A stretch of DNA of 64,000 bases from a virus, in the IMG/VR virus record IMGVR_UViG_3300027782_004428, positions 1 through 64,000 of that record; one strand, given 5' to 3'. This document shows, piece by piece, positions 9,809 to 19,740 of the stretch; position 1 is the stretch's first letter, and every line of letters begins with the position of its first letter. Below the pieces are notes generated by a model. It was not told where the DNA came from and searched no databases. It saw only the letters and a program-made list of their open reading frames with translations. The translations under genes and the position numbers were made by a program.

Positions 9809-10909
9809 ATGTCAAAACAACAATACAATTTAAAAACAAAAACAGACTATCTCAACAGAAAGATGTTCTTGGACCCAGCAGGTCCAGTAACAGTACAACG
9901 ATTTGAAGAAGTCAAGTACAACAAACTGGTCAAGTACGAGCAAGAAGCACGTGGCTTCTTTTGGGTGCCAGAAGAGATCAGTTTGACCAAAGATGCACAA
10001 GACTTCAAAGATGCCTCAGATACTGTCAAACATATCTTTACATCAAACTTGTTACGTCAAACCGCCTTGGACAGTTTGCAAGGACGTGGGCCAAGCCAAA
10101 TCTTCACACCTGTTGTTTCAATTCCAGAACTAGAAGCCTTGGTCTACAACTGGACCTTCTTTGAAACCAACATTCACTCACGTAGTTATAGCCACATCAT
10201 TCGCAACATCTACAACGTGCCCAAGGATGTGTTCAACACAATTCACGACACACAAGAAATTGCAGACATGGCATCCAGTGTGGGCAACTACTATGATCGA
10301 CTGCACATGATCAACTGTCGCAAAGAATTACTAGAAGAGTTTCCAGAACATGAACACATCAAGGCCATCTGGTTGGCACTCAATGCCAGTTACGCCTTAG
10401 AAGCATTCCGCTTCATGGTAAGTTTTGCCACAAGTTTGGCCATGGTAGAGAATCGTATCTTCATTGGCAATGGCAATATTATTCAATTGATCTTGCAAGA
10501 TGAAGTGCTACACAAAGAGTGGACTGGTTGGTTGATTAATCAAGTGGTCAAAGAAGATGCTCGCTTTGCCGAGGTTAAGGTCGAATGCGAAGGCGAAGTG
10601 TATCAGATGTACCTGGATGTGATCCGTGAAGAAAAAGCCTGGGCTGACTACTTGTTCAACAAAGGTCCTGTGATTGGTCTCAATGCAAACATTCTCAAAG
10701 ACTTTGTGGACTTTACTGCGTTCAATGCACTCAAAGAAATTGGTATCAAGTATAGCGAGCCAGCACCACGTTCAACACCCATACCTTGGTTTACCAAACA
10801 CGTGGATACCAGCAAGAAACAAACTGCACTCCAAGAGAACGAATCAACTAACTATGTTATTGGAGTTATGAGTGACAGCATTGACTACGACGAGTTACCT
10901 GAACTATGA
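9809..10909 (+). CDS. nrdB: ribonucleotide reductase beta subunit
   Basis: FFWVPEE, LDSLQ, ETNIHSRSY, LEAFRFMVSF, DEVLH. Confidence 0.97.
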   Translation: MSKQQYNLKTKTDYLNRKMFLDPAGPVTVQRFEEVKYNKLVKYEQEARGFFWVPEEISLTKDAQDFKDASDTVKHIFTSNLLRQTALDSLQGRGPSQIFTPVVSIPELEALVYNWTFFETNIHSRSYSHIIRNIYNVPKDVFNTIHDTQEIADMASSVGNYYDRLHMINCRKELLEEFPEHEHIKAIWLALNASYALEAFRFMVSFATSLAMVENRIFIGNGNIIQLILQDEVLHKEWTGWLINQVVKEDARFAEVKVECEGEVYQMYLDVIREEKAWADYLFNKGPVIGLNANILKDFVDFTAFNALKEIGIKYSEPAPRSTPIPWFTKHVDTSKKQTALQENESTNYVIGVMSDSIDYDELPEL

Positions 10910-11358
10910 GAAACTTAATTAATTTAATGGAAGACCAAGGCGTTACAGATGCATGGTTCCGTGACGGCGGATTTGAAACTTTTAAAAAGCCTATTCCTGT
11001 TCCATATACTATTGCAAAGCAGGACGGTGTTACTAAAACTTTAGAAGGTCCTGTTCCTCATAAGAGGGGTCATTACATTATGGGCCCGGGTGCCAAAGGA
11101 GAATTTTGGCCCATGGATCCAGATAACTTTCACAGCAAGTATGATGATAACGGGGATGGTACTGGCACACCAAAAGGCGGCGTTACCAAACTGGCCAAAC
11201 TGGCAGACCATGACGGTATAATTAAAGCCACTTGGGGCAACTTAGAATACACTCGTGGCAACGACTACATTGTGCGCCATGGCCCGGGTGATTACGGCCC
11301 GGTTAAGAAAGATATCTTTTTCAAAACGTACGACACATCACAACTACAAGGAAAATAA
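10906..11358 (+). CDS. PGDYG-domain protein
   Basis: TLEG and HGPGDYGPV...IFFKTY motifs, internal two-fold repeat. Confidence 0.75.
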   Translation: MRNLINLMEDQGVTDAWFRDGGFETFKKPIPVPYTIAKQDGVTKTLEGPVPHKRGHYIMGPGAKGEFWPMDPDNFHSKYDDNGDGTGTPKGGVTKLAKLADHDGIIKATWGNLEYTRGNDYIVRHGPGDYGPVKKDIFFKTYDTSQLQGK

Positions 11359-11359
11359 A

Positions 11360-11581
11360 ATGAAAGCAATTGTATGGTCAAAAGACCAGTGCCCTTATTG
11401 CGATCAAGCTAAAAACTTGCTCAAGATGAAAGGTATTGAATTTGAAGAACGAAACGTTTCCAAGGATTGGACCCGTGAACAACTATTAGAAGCAGTCCCA
11501 AATGCTCGCACCGTGCCACAAATATTTCTTGGTGAAGAGCTAGTGGGAGGCTTTAATGAGCTTAGACAACGTCTCGCTTGA
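11360..11581 (+). CDS. glutaredoxin
   Basis: CPYC, TVPQIF, GGF; AAGGA RBS. Confidence 0.95.
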   Translation: MKAIVWSKDQCPYCDQAKNLLKMKGIEFEERNVSKDWTREQLLEAVPNARTVPQIFLGEELVGGFNELRQRLA

Positions 11582-12221
11582 TGGTATCACAATAGACTGG
11601 TTTCGACAAAACATTCCAGACTTTGAGACCAAGCCATTTTTTACTGCTGATTGGTTTTCCAACGGCTTGGTAAATTTTAACTTTGTTAAAGAACATGCTG
11701 AACAAAAGTTATCTAGTATCTTGGAGATTGGGTCGCACGAAGGTCGTGCCACTTGTTGGATGCTGGAAAATTTGTTGGCTGAAGATGGTACAGTAACTTG
11801 TGTTGATCCGTTTGGTAATACACCAATGAATGCATACAAGAATGATGAGTTGCCTGAACAACGTGTCATTCAAGACATACACAAGCACAATACAGATTTA
11901 ATAAAGTTACCTACACAAACAGTCGAAGTCTTGCCCGTCATGAGTTATCATGGTCTGGCACAATTAATTGTTGATCGTCGAGAGTTTGATTTGATATATG
12001 TAGACGGCAGTCATTGTTCAGATGCTGTGTTAGCAGATGCTACCATGGCATTTGGTTTACTCAAACACGACGGCTACATGATATTCGACGATTATTTGTG
12101 GAACGAGTCCCCGGATGTGTTGGACCATCCTAAAATGTCCATTGATGCTTTTGTGAACATGTTTCAAAAACATATTCGCATTGGCATGATCAATTATCAA
12201 TACGTTATACAGAAAGTTTAA
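11556..12221 (+). CDS. class I SAM-dependent methyltransferase (Methyltransf_24-like)
   Basis: LEIGSHEG, DLIYVDGSH, IFDDY. Confidence 0.85.
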   Translation: MSLDNVSLDGITIDWFRQNIPDFETKPFFTADWFSNGLVNFNFVKEHAEQKLSSILEIGSHEGRATCWMLENLLAEDGTVTCVDPFGNTPMNAYKNDELPEQRVIQDIHKHNTDLIKLPTQTVEVLPVMSYHGLAQLIVDRREFDLIYVDGSHCSDAVLADATMAFGLLKHDGYMIFDDYLWNESPDVLDHPKMSIDAFVNMFQKHIRIGMINYQYVIQKV

Positions 12222-12222
12222 A

Positions 12223-12528
12223 ATGCAATTAGTAGCAGAAACAGGTAAAGTTTACACCTTTAAGTTAAACTCAGGTGAAGAGCTCATTGCTAAAGTCAGA
12301 GCAATCGATGGTGAATGCTTGACCATTGAAAATCCTGTGAGCGTTGCACCGGGACCGCAAGGGCTTGGTCTAGTGCCGTCGATGTTTACCGCAGATCCTG
12401 ACGCAGAAATCAAGCTAAATAGCAATAGTGTGTCGATTTATGCACTAACTGATGATTCAGTTAAAATGAAATATATTGAAGCCACAACTGGTATCAAAGT
12501 GCCAGAGAAAAAACTAATACTAGGATGA
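12223..12528 (+). CDS. conserved phage protein, probable Sm-like fold
   Basis: FKLNSGEELIAKV N-terminus. Confidence 0.55.
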   Translation: MQLVAETGKVYTFKLNSGEELIAKVRAIDGECLTIENPVSVAPGPQGLGLVPSMFTADPDAEIKLNSNSVSIYALTDDSVKMKYIEATTGIKVPEKKLILG

Positions 12529-12529
12529 T

Positions 12530-12823
12530 ATGCCAGCAGTACAGCGAGTAGGTGATGCAAACGGAGCCGGTGGGGTAGCCCAAGGTGGCGTTGCCTCTGT
12601 GCGTGTGAATGGGCAGTCTATAATTGTTGATGGCAACCCAGTAACCGCTCATGCACCCTGGCCACAAAGACGGAATAATCCACACCCTCCACATGCGGCA
12701 GCTACTACCACTGGCGGCAACGGCACAGTCAAAGCTGGTGGCATACCTGTAGTCACAACTGGATGCGCTGACACCTGCGGACATGCCCGTGCTGGCGGTT
12801 CGGGTGATGTAAGGGCAGGATAA
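12530..12823 (+). CDS. PAAR-domain tail spike tip protein
   Basis: PAVQRVGD, SVRVNG, H-rich loop, CGH..GSGDV. Confidence 0.85.
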   Translation: MPAVQRVGDANGAGGVAQGGVASVRVNGQSIIVDGNPVTAHAPWPQRRNNPHPPHAAATTTGGNGTVKAGGIPVVTTGCADTCGHARAGGSGDVRAG

Positions 12824-14892
12824 TGCCCAGCATACTAACACCACTACAATTGACTGCGGCGGCATCCATGTTGAGCAACAGTGGATTAAAAGGATTTCCC
12901 ACAGCGTTGCAAACGGCCATTGCCACATTCAATGCCACCACAGTGATTGCTAATTTCATTGCCGCGGTGAACTTTTATAAATCTCAGTCATTTGCAACAT
13001 CAAGCACGTTGACTAGTTTGTTGAGCATTGGCAGTACAGTGTGTCCAGCCTTGGGCAACAGCATACCAGCCAGCCCAGTGGGAACCTACACTTATCTCAA
13101 TAGCGAATACCTGATCAACTATCTTGACCCGGTTGACGGATCAACCATTGATCCCAGTGGATTTTCTAACTTGATTGAACAAACCTGCGCGGCCTACCTG
13201 GGCGATGGTGACTATGGTCGATTCAGTCAAGGATTTGTTGCTGTGCAAGGTTATATTGCCAGCACCAACCAGTATATCAATTCGGCAGCAAATGCCAATC
13301 AATTTCTTGGCCCAACCTTTACCAACATGGATTCATTGACCACCGCAGGAATCAGTGGGGTAAACAGCGACCTTGAAAAGTTAGGTGTGGACTTGGCCAA
13401 GCAAGGTAATCTTGTGAATCTTCAGAAACTTGATCTTTACGGCACTCCTGCTGGTTTAATACAACAGACGTCTCGCCTGGCCGGGGTCAGTAGACAAGCT
13501 GTGCCTGCTGTGCAATCAGTCATGAATGCAGCAGGCCTCACAGACAGCGACATTGAAAATATTGTGACAGACAATCGTGTGGGCCTCAATAGACCCAATG
13601 GTCTCAGTCAAAACGAGTTTGATCGCATACAAAAAACTGCCTATTCAGCGTTGTCAACAGTGACAGGTGATGATCTTGCTCAAATCTTGTCAATCCTGGA
13701 TGTGACTACTCCTAACATAACCAATCTGGCACAGTTGTTGGATCCTGTCAAGGTGTTTCCGTTAAGTTATCCAACCATGCTGACTCCCACGCCCACAGGA
13801 GCAGTACCTATATTTGGCACAGGTGGTAGTGTGAATTCCAGCATCACGCCCATTGTCAATTCATATCTGCCCACAGCATCGGGCTGTGATGAACTGGGCA
13901 AAATTATTCCGCCTGCTGATGCAGTGGCCAACAAGGCCATTGAAGTGGCGCTGAAACAAATCAACAACATTGTCACAACCACACTGCCCGAACTAGCGGA
14001 AACAATACTGGGCACAGTAGATCGCGACTGGGATCCAGAACAAGAATATCTTGCCAATGATGTGGTCAAGGTGGACTCAGATGTAGCACCCACATTCTAT
14101 CGAGCCAAATCGCCAGGTTGTACACCGGGTAATTTTGAAGTACCAGCCGGGGTGGACATTACAGACACCAACTACTGGGCAGAAACCACACTGGGTGGAC
14201 TTAGCACTATGAAAGATTTGCCGCTGATACAGGCACAAACCACACCAGTGCCAGCTAGTGTGGCTGAGTTTTTTGCAACTGAAGTGGCCACAGGCACAGG
14301 ACCATGCGGAGTGCTGACCACATACGATGTGCTGGGTCTAGCACTAGACAGCAATGACTTTGCCGCAAGACTAAACACCGCCACCACAGCAATCAATGTG
14401 TTGCAAGCCGCAGGTAGTCTTGCCGCACTGAATACTGCATACTCTAACATTTTGTTGGCTGCAAACAATGCCGCAGTGATAACATTAATTGGTAATGCCA
14501 ACACTGCTATTGCCGCACTCAGTGCCAATCCCAATGTGACCACCTTGAACACAGCATGGACCTACATAGCCAACTTGATGAACATCAGCGCCAAGTACAC
14601 AACACAAGCCGGGGTTGATTATTTCTTATTGCAAGCAAACGATACAAATAGTACCAAGAGTTTTGTGCAAAATTTACCACAATATGGTCGACTCTCTGCC
14701 AACGGCGATGCTGCACAGTTTCTAGAAAATCTAGCAGACACCGCAACGCTGGGTGGCCAGGCAATTGTTGGTACCATGAGAGAAGGCCGCAATCAGGAAC
14801 GGTTGAATGCCAGCGGCTTGTATAACAACACTCAGACACCCAGCGATGCTGTGGTAGCACCAATTCCGGTAATACTCCCAGTTAATACATAA
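12823..14892 (+). CDS. large virion (tail/baseplate-associated) protein
   Basis: coupled to PAAR gene; Ala/Thr-rich; WDPEQEY..NDVV..YRAK carbohydrate-binding-like insert. Confidence 0.55.
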   Translation: MPSILTPLQLTAAASMLSNSGLKGFPTALQTAIATFNATTVIANFIAAVNFYKSQSFATSSTLTSLLSIGSTVCPALGNSIPASPVGTYTYLNSEYLINYLDPVDGSTIDPSGFSNLIEQTCAAYLGDGDYGRFSQGFVAVQGYIASTNQYINSAANANQFLGPTFTNMDSLTTAGISGVNSDLEKLGVDLAKQGNLVNLQKLDLYGTPAGLIQQTSRLAGVSRQAVPAVQSVMNAAGLTDSDIENIVTDNRVGLNRPNGLSQNEFDRIQKTAYSALSTVTGDDLAQILSILDVTTPNITNLAQLLDPVKVFPLSYPTMLTPTPTGAVPIFGTGGSVNSSITPIVNSYLPTASGCDELGKIIPPADAVANKAIEVALKQINNIVTTTLPELAETILGTVDRDWDPEQEYLANDVVKVDSDVAPTFYRAKSPGCTPGNFEVPAGVDITDTNYWAETTLGGLSTMKDLPLIQAQTTPVPASVAEFFATEVATGTGPCGVLTTYDVLGLALDSNDFAARLNTATTAINVLQAAGSLAALNTAYSNILLAANNAAVITLIGNANTAIAALSANPNVTTLNTAWTYIANLMNISAKYTTQAGVDYFLLQANDTNSTKSFVQNLPQYGRLSANGDAAQFLENLADTATLGGQAIVGTMREGRNQERLNASGLYNNTQTPSDAVVAPIPVILPVNT

Positions 14893-14896
14893 AACG

Positions 14897-14948
14897 GTTA
14901 CTTTGAGGTTGATTTTGTGTTGACTTTGTACACATACTGCTATATAAT
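14897..14948 (+). promoter_or_regulatory. sigma70 promoter with three 11-bp-period direct repeats
   Basis: TTGACT 14920-14925, 17 nt, TATAAT 14943-14948; repeats start 14897, 14908, 14919. Confidence 0.7.
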
Positions 14949-14990
14949 ACAGATTGACTTATGTCATTCTATTTTAAAAGGAAAAACTAA

Positions 14991-15536
14991 ATGAAGAAAA
15001 TCTTCGCAATCTTGGCCGTGGCCATTTCCGGTACTGCTTTTGCAGCCGACAGTTTCACAGTTGAAGGTCAACATGTGAACAACGCAGGTGCCGCGGCACA
15101 ACAAACTTATGTTTTAGGTGTAAAGAAAGAGTTCAGCGGCTTTGCCGGCGACTTGGCATTCTCTAACACACAAACAGAAGGTACTGGCGTATTGACCACA
15201 CGCCTGGAAGCAGGTTTAACCGCCGCCGGTCCAATGGGTTTGTATGTTCGTGCCGCAACAGGACAAAAATATTCTAACACAACTGATTTTGCATACTACT
15301 CTGTAGAGCCAGGCATTGCTGCCGCAGTTCCAGGTGTTGCAGGGTTGACTGCCAAAGTTGGCTACCGCTGGCGTTCGGCGTTTGATTCCAGCGCAAGCGG
15401 AGATCAAACACACACAGCCCGTTACTCATTGGCTTATGCTTTGAGCAAGAACGATACTGTTGCTGTCAAGTATGACCGTGTCAACGGAGACAACAACCAA
15501 AAAATTATTGCAGTAGCATACACACGTGGTTTCTAA
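14991..15536 (+). CDS. outer-membrane beta-barrel (porin-like) protein
   Basis: signal peptide, alternating beta-strand pattern, C-terminal AYTRGF BAM signal. Confidence 0.75.
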   Translation: MKKIFAILAVAISGTAFAADSFTVEGQHVNNAGAAAQQTYVLGVKKEFSGFAGDLAFSNTQTEGTGVLTTRLEAGLTAAGPMGLYVRAATGQKYSNTTDFAYYSVEPGIAAAVPGVAGLTAKVGYRWRSAFDSSASGDQTHTARYSLAYALSKNDTVAVKYDRVNGDNNQKIIAVAYTRGF

Positions 15537-15539
15537 AAA

Positions 15540-15557
15540 GTAATACTTTAGTACTAC
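15540..15557. repeat. 18-bp imperfect palindrome GTAATACT-NN-AGTACTAC (copy 1)
   Basis: recurs at 36561-36578 and 59330-59347. Confidence 0.8.
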
Positions 15558-15587
15558 AAAAGCCCTACTGCATGTAGGGCTTTTTTT
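15558..15587 (+). terminator. intrinsic terminator
   Basis: AAAAGCCCTAC-TGCAT-GTAGGGC-T7. Confidence 0.9.
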
Positions 15588-15591
15588 ATGG

Positions 15592-15620
15592 TTGACCAAT
15601 AATTCCCATTTTGCTATAAT
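15592..15620 (+). promoter_or_regulatory. early sigma70 promoter (cassette family)
   Basis: TTGACC-17-TATAAT with TGn extended -10. Confidence 0.9.
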
Positions 15621-15652
15621 ATAGACATAGAGTAACAAAACAGGAGCCCAGC

Positions 15653-15964
15653 ATGGAAAAACTCACATCAATTCAGCAACTTAACAGGTCTATCATGTTT
15701 GGCACGTGGACCGACGTTGAACTTCGAAGCATGGCCGATGCCATTCGTTTCAATCAGATCAGTCTCCGCAAGCAGGTCAAACGTAGTCTGGACGTGGGCG
15801 TTCGGGTGCGTTGGGTCAGTTCCAAGAACCCCGCAGGTGCCACAGGCACAGTGAAAAAGATTGCCATCAAGTATGTCACAGTTCGTAACGACAGAGACGG
15901 CGGCTTGTGGAAGATCCCGGCCAATATGTTGGAGATCGTTGAAGGTCAGATGGTGACAGCATGA
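15653..15964 (+). CDS. hypothetical early protein (SH3/KOW-like C-terminus)
   Basis: AGGAG RBS; LDVGVRVRW..GTVKKI..W.IP..L pattern. Confidence 0.7.
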   Translation: MEKLTSIQQLNRSIMFGTWTDVELRSMADAIRFNQISLRKQVKRSLDVGVRVRWVSSKNPAGATGTVKKIAIKYVTVRNDRDGGLWKIPANMLEIVEGQMVTA

Positions 15965-16191
15965 AATTATACACACCACGAAGTTTTACATTTGATGTCA
16001 TAGTTAGAGAAACTGCCGATGGCTGTATCACTAGAACCTCCAAGGGCGGACCATGGTTGCGATTGGCTATGAAAATGGCCAAGTCTGGCAAGGCCCAGTT
16101 GACCTGTGAGGGCAAAGGATTTTACGGATACGGTCGCTCTTACGATGTTGGTTATACCTGTGTAAGTTATACCGTGACGGAGATTGTATGA
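15961..16191 (+). CDS. hypothetical protein
   Basis: ATGA overlap coupling. Confidence 0.6.
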   Translation: MKLYTPRSFTFDVIVRETADGCITRTSKGGPWLRLAMKMAKSGKAQLTCEGKGFYGYGRSYDVGYTCVSYTVTEIV

Positions 16192-16343
16192 ACTTTCGTT
16201 CTTGGTGCAGAGAAAAGTGGTACGAGCATATGGACGAACTGATCAGTTACGGGCTCAAACCACAGTTAACCGCACAAGAATATTTCAACAGATATAAATT
16301 TTGGCTCAAACGTGAATATAGACATCAACAAGGAGTGAAATAA
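16188..16343 (+). CDS. small hypothetical protein (51 aa, not in ORF track)
   Basis: MNFRSWCREKWYEH...YKFWLKREY; GGAG RBS, fills gap with overlaps at both ends. Confidence 0.65.
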   Translation: MNFRSWCREKWYEHMDELISYGLKPQLTAQEYFNRYKFWLKREYRHQQGVK

Positions 16344-16699
16344 TGGGTCTCGACATGTATGCATACACTGCCGCCAAAGAACAGGCAGATTCGGAAACTG
16401 GTCAGCGTGAAATTGCCTACTGGCGTAAACACCCTAATCTGCACGGTTGGATGGAACGACTTGCGGAATCTAAAAATGTGGAGTACAGCACATTCAACGG
16501 GGTTGAACTAGGACTCACCTGGGAGGATCTAGATGAACTAGAACGTGCAGTAACGCATAATCAATTACCCTCTACCCAAGGCTTCTTTTTTGGCAACGAG
16601 TCAGATGACTTTTACAAAGAACAAGATCTTGAATTTATCAAGAAAGCCCGAGCAGAATTGTTCATGGGACTTAAAGTGTTTTATAACTCTTCATGGTAA
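16343..16699 (+). CDS. conserved phage hypothetical protein
   Basis: MGLDMY..AYWRKH..LHGW..GFFFG..YNSSW; AGGAG RBS. Confidence 0.75.
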   Translation: MGLDMYAYTAAKEQADSETGQREIAYWRKHPNLHGWMERLAESKNVEYSTFNGVELGLTWEDLDELERAVTHNQLPSTQGFFFGNESDDFYKEQDLEFIKKARAELFMGLKVFYNSSW

Positions 16700-16711
16700 C
16701 CACTTAAATAT

Positions 16712-18085
16712 ATGAATGAAACCAACTTCTCAAACGAAAGGTTTGACAGCATAGTGGCGGCAGGATGGATCCGTGATCTAGAAAGTTCAGACAGTCGCAT
16801 ACACAAAGAAAAAACAATTGAAAAAGCATTGATGGCCGCCAAACTGGGCAGTGCCGATGCACAATGTTTCCTCTTTAATTGCTACCAGGCTTACAATCCT
16901 TTCTACACTTTTAACATCCGTCAGGTGCCCGAGACAGAGGGGCTGACTGATAGGCCCAATCCTTGGACAAAATTTTGGGGGTTGTTGGAGGCCTTGCGTA
17001 CAAGGTCTACTACAGGTAATCGTGCTAGAGAAGCTATTGAACAAATGAGCCAACAGTTTGACTCAGACGAGTGGAACAACTTGGCTCGCCGTGTGATGAT
17101 CAAGGATCTGCGTTGTGGCATTTCAGAGAAAACACTAAACAAAGTACTGGGCAAGACTGAGTACAAGATTCCTGTGTTTACTTGCCAACTGGCACAAGAT
17201 TCTACAGACCAACCCAAGAAGTTGAAAGGCGTCAAACGCCTGGAAGTCAAACTGGATGGTGTGCGAGTACTGGCAGTGGTTGACGGTAGCAATGTCACCT
17301 TGTTCAGTCGCAATGGCAAAGAGTTTGAGAACTTTCCACAGATTGTAGATGCAATCGAAGATGCTCGCAAGCACTTTCAATGGGGTCGTGGCACAGGCGG
17401 ACGTTTTGTATTGGATGGCGAGATTGTGGGCGAGAGTTTCCAGAAACTCATGAAGCAGGCACATCGTAAGAGTGATGCTCGAACTGATGGCATGGTATAT
17501 CACATTTTTGATATTCTTCCATTAGATTCACTGCAAGAAGGTCATTGTAACATACAGCAGTACAAACGCATTGAATGGATTGAAAGTGCTCGAGATCGTC
17601 TTTTGGAAACACCTTGCTTGAGAATCATGAACGGCCTGGATGTGGATTTGGACACAGCGGAAGGGCATGACATCATGAACCGTTTTGCCCAAGACGCTGT
17701 GGCTGAAGGGTTTGAAGGCATCATGATCAAGAGTCTGGATGCACCTTATGAGTGCAAACGTTCAGACTTTTGGATGAAATGGAAACCTACTATCAGTGTT
17801 GATCTCAATATAGTGGGTTTTGAAGAAGGAACTGGTCGCAATGCGGGCCGGTTGGGTGCTATAATATGTGAAGGAGAAGACAATGACCGTAGAATTTGTG
17901 TTAATGTTGGTACTGGCTTTAGCGATACTGTTCGTGATGAGTATTGGGCCTCAAGGGATCAGTTACTTGGTCACTTGGTTGAAGTCCAAGCGGACGCAGT
18001 CACCCAAAATCAAGACGGAACCTACAGTCTCCGATTCCCGAGATTCTTGAGATTTCGAGACTTTGACGCCGGAGAAAAAGTTTGA
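16712..18085 (+). CDS. ATP-dependent DNA ligase
   Basis: KLDGVR, LDGEI, EGIMIK, WMKWK, SLRFPRF. Confidence 0.95.
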   Translation: MNETNFSNERFDSIVAAGWIRDLESSDSRIHKEKTIEKALMAAKLGSADAQCFLFNCYQAYNPFYTFNIRQVPETEGLTDRPNPWTKFWGLLEALRTRSTTGNRAREAIEQMSQQFDSDEWNNLARRVMIKDLRCGISEKTLNKVLGKTEYKIPVFTCQLAQDSTDQPKKLKGVKRLEVKLDGVRVLAVVDGSNVTLFSRNGKEFENFPQIVDAIEDARKHFQWGRGTGGRFVLDGEIVGESFQKLMKQAHRKSDARTDGMVYHIFDILPLDSLQEGHCNIQQYKRIEWIESARDRLLETPCLRIMNGLDVDLDTAEGHDIMNRFAQDAVAEGFEGIMIKSLDAPYECKRSDFWMKWKPTISVDLNIVGFEEGTGRNAGRLGAIICEGEDNDRRICVNVGTGFSDTVRDEYWASRDQLLGHLVEVQADAVTQNQDGTYSLRFPRFLRFRDFDAGEKV

Positions 18086-18288
18086 TGACACCATTGTACG
18101 AAATAGTGCTAGTGGCAGTCATGGTAACTCAGAGTTCAACAGGTGGACCTCTAACCTTGGATTATCAACCTCTAGACTACTACACGTCATGGAGCACTTG
18201 TCTTAAAGAAGAACGTAGACTGCAAGCACGACTCAAAGAACGAGAAAGAATCAAAGCCTATATTTGTTTGAAAGTTGACAGAGACTAA
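18085..18288 (+). CDS. small exported hypothetical protein
   Basis: GGAG upstream, hydrophobic N-terminus, two Cys. Confidence 0.55.
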   Translation: MTPLYEIVLVAVMVTQSSTGGPLTLDYQPLDYYTSWSTCLKEERRLQARLKERERIKAYICLKVDRD

Positions 18289-18297
18289 AGGAACAGT

Positions 18298-18729
18298 ATG
18301 AAAATTGGATTAAGTTACAGCCGTTGTATTCGTGACATTGTGGATGGTAAAGTTGACATCAACGATGTGTTGGTGCTGATCACTCGTACGGATTTTGATC
18401 CGCATGATGATGAACAATGGGCGGGTATATGGACTGGATACGGCGGCGGCCACGTATTTGGCAATCCGTTTAGTAATCCAGAATGGATGAACTATTCTGC
18501 TGAGTATGAAGATACGTTTAGAAGCATTAGCAAACAACTTTGGGATCAAGGCAAATTTCATCAACCACGCAAATTTGGTGCTCGTCCTCACCGACTACCT
18601 TACTACTGGCTTGAAACAATCGTGGCCAATGACGAGTTAGAAAACTCGCCTACAGTTAAAGACGCATGGGACAAATTCCAAATGGTATCAGGCCTCAAAG
18701 GCACCCCATTGAAAGCACACAATGAATAA
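18298..18729 (+). CDS. hypothetical protein
   Basis: AAGGA RBS, ORF. Confidence 0.7.
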   Translation: MKIGLSYSRCIRDIVDGKVDINDVLVLITRTDFDPHDDEQWAGIWTGYGGGHVFGNPFSNPEWMNYSAEYEDTFRSISKQLWDQGKFHQPRKFGARPHRLPYYWLETIVANDELENSPTVKDAWDKFQMVSGLKGTPLKAHNE

Positions 18730-18952
18730 ACGAGTTGGACCTATTACCCTGGACAGCGAAGCCGCTGACCGCATCACTATGCTCACTCTCAAAGAGCAAA
18801 GAGCTTACCTCAAGAAAGAACTCACAGAGTGGAAAAAGGATCCGCGCACAGATACCAATCCTGGCGGCAAGTGGATGCATCCTGAGGATGTGGAAATCAA
18901 CACTCGCATGATTGAAGCATTGAATACAGTTATCAAGTACTTTGGCGAATGA
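18722..18952 (+). CDS. hypothetical protein
   Basis: overlapping operon ORF. Confidence 0.65.
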   Translation: MNKRVGPITLDSEAADRITMLTLKEQRAYLKKELTEWKKDPRTDTNPGGKWMHPEDVEINTRMIEALNTVIKYFGE

Positions 18953-19176
18953 CACATAAATCAGCAAATGGTGTTTGCGGGCACCTATTAAATTTAATTG
19001 ATGGCACTGTGGTGTTTCGGGTGTATGATTCTGAACACAACTTTGTAGACTATGATTTACATCACAGTGACTTGTGTGTTACAATCGATGATACAGATGC
19101 ATACTTTTATCGAGATAACAATCGAGATATACTAGACCATGCACCTATGACATTGGGGTTAACAGATGATAATTGA
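18949..19176 (+). CDS. hypothetical protein
   Basis: ATGA overlap. Confidence 0.6.
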   Translation: MTHKSANGVCGHLLNLIDGTVVFRVYDSEHNFVDYDLHHSDLCVTIDDTDAYFYRDNNRDILDHAPMTLGLTDDN

Positions 19177-19285
19177 AATATTTTTGTACGGTTTTATCAC
19201 AGCATTTGGTTGGTGGAGTGCCACACACTATGTGATTGAGCCACACTTTCCTCCACCTATTGAAAAGAAAGCGGAACAAAAGTGA
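19166..19285 (+). CDS. small membrane protein (39 aa, not in ORF track)
   Basis: MIIEIFLYGFITAFGWWSA...; fills gap, GTGA overlap with next gene. Confidence 0.55.
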   Translation: MIIEIFLYGFITAFGWWSATHYVIEPHFPPPIEKKAEQK

Positions 19286-19740
19286 AAAAAATCTACTACG
19301 AAAAACGTGGACGCAGATATATTCCCGTGGCTGAAAACGACTATGACATGTTTGACGCTTTTCCTAAAGGATCACATCTTGTGATGTGTTACCCAGGCGG
19401 GCAAAGCAAACGCTACAACATCAATCCCAACCATGCGGCCTTGCTTGCGGCCAGTCGTGTGGCTGAGTTTGCCATGTGCGATGCTCTGCGCAAGGCCAGC
19501 GAAGTACAGCCAAGTCGTATACCTCTTACACCTGAACAAATGGCAGCTTGGAATCACTTGATCGAAGTGTTTGGTGAAGATGCCAGATCACTATCTCGGG
19601 CCAGTGCTCACGACATTGCCGAAGCAGGATTGAAAGCATTGCAGGCAGAAGCAGATCAATTAATGAAACATGCAAGTGTAAAAAGTGCATACGAACAATT
19701 CCTGTTGGTATGTGAACTGACCAGGAAGGAGAACACATGA
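19282..19740 (+). CDS. hypothetical protein
   Basis: GTG start; YEKRGRRYIPV N-terminus. Confidence 0.7.
   Translation: MKKIYYEKRGRRYIPVAENDYDMFDAFPKGSHLVMCYPGGQSKRYNINPNHAALLAASRVAEFAMCDALRKASEVQPSRIPLTPEQMAAWNHLIEVFGEDARSLSRASAHDIAEAGLKALQAEADQLMKHASVKSAYEQFLLVCELTRKENT

Noticed and set aside
7201-10909. Introns or inteins in nrdA and nrdB
   Set aside because: Both ORFs are continuous and of normal length; the gene between them is a small membrane protein, not a homing endonuclease.
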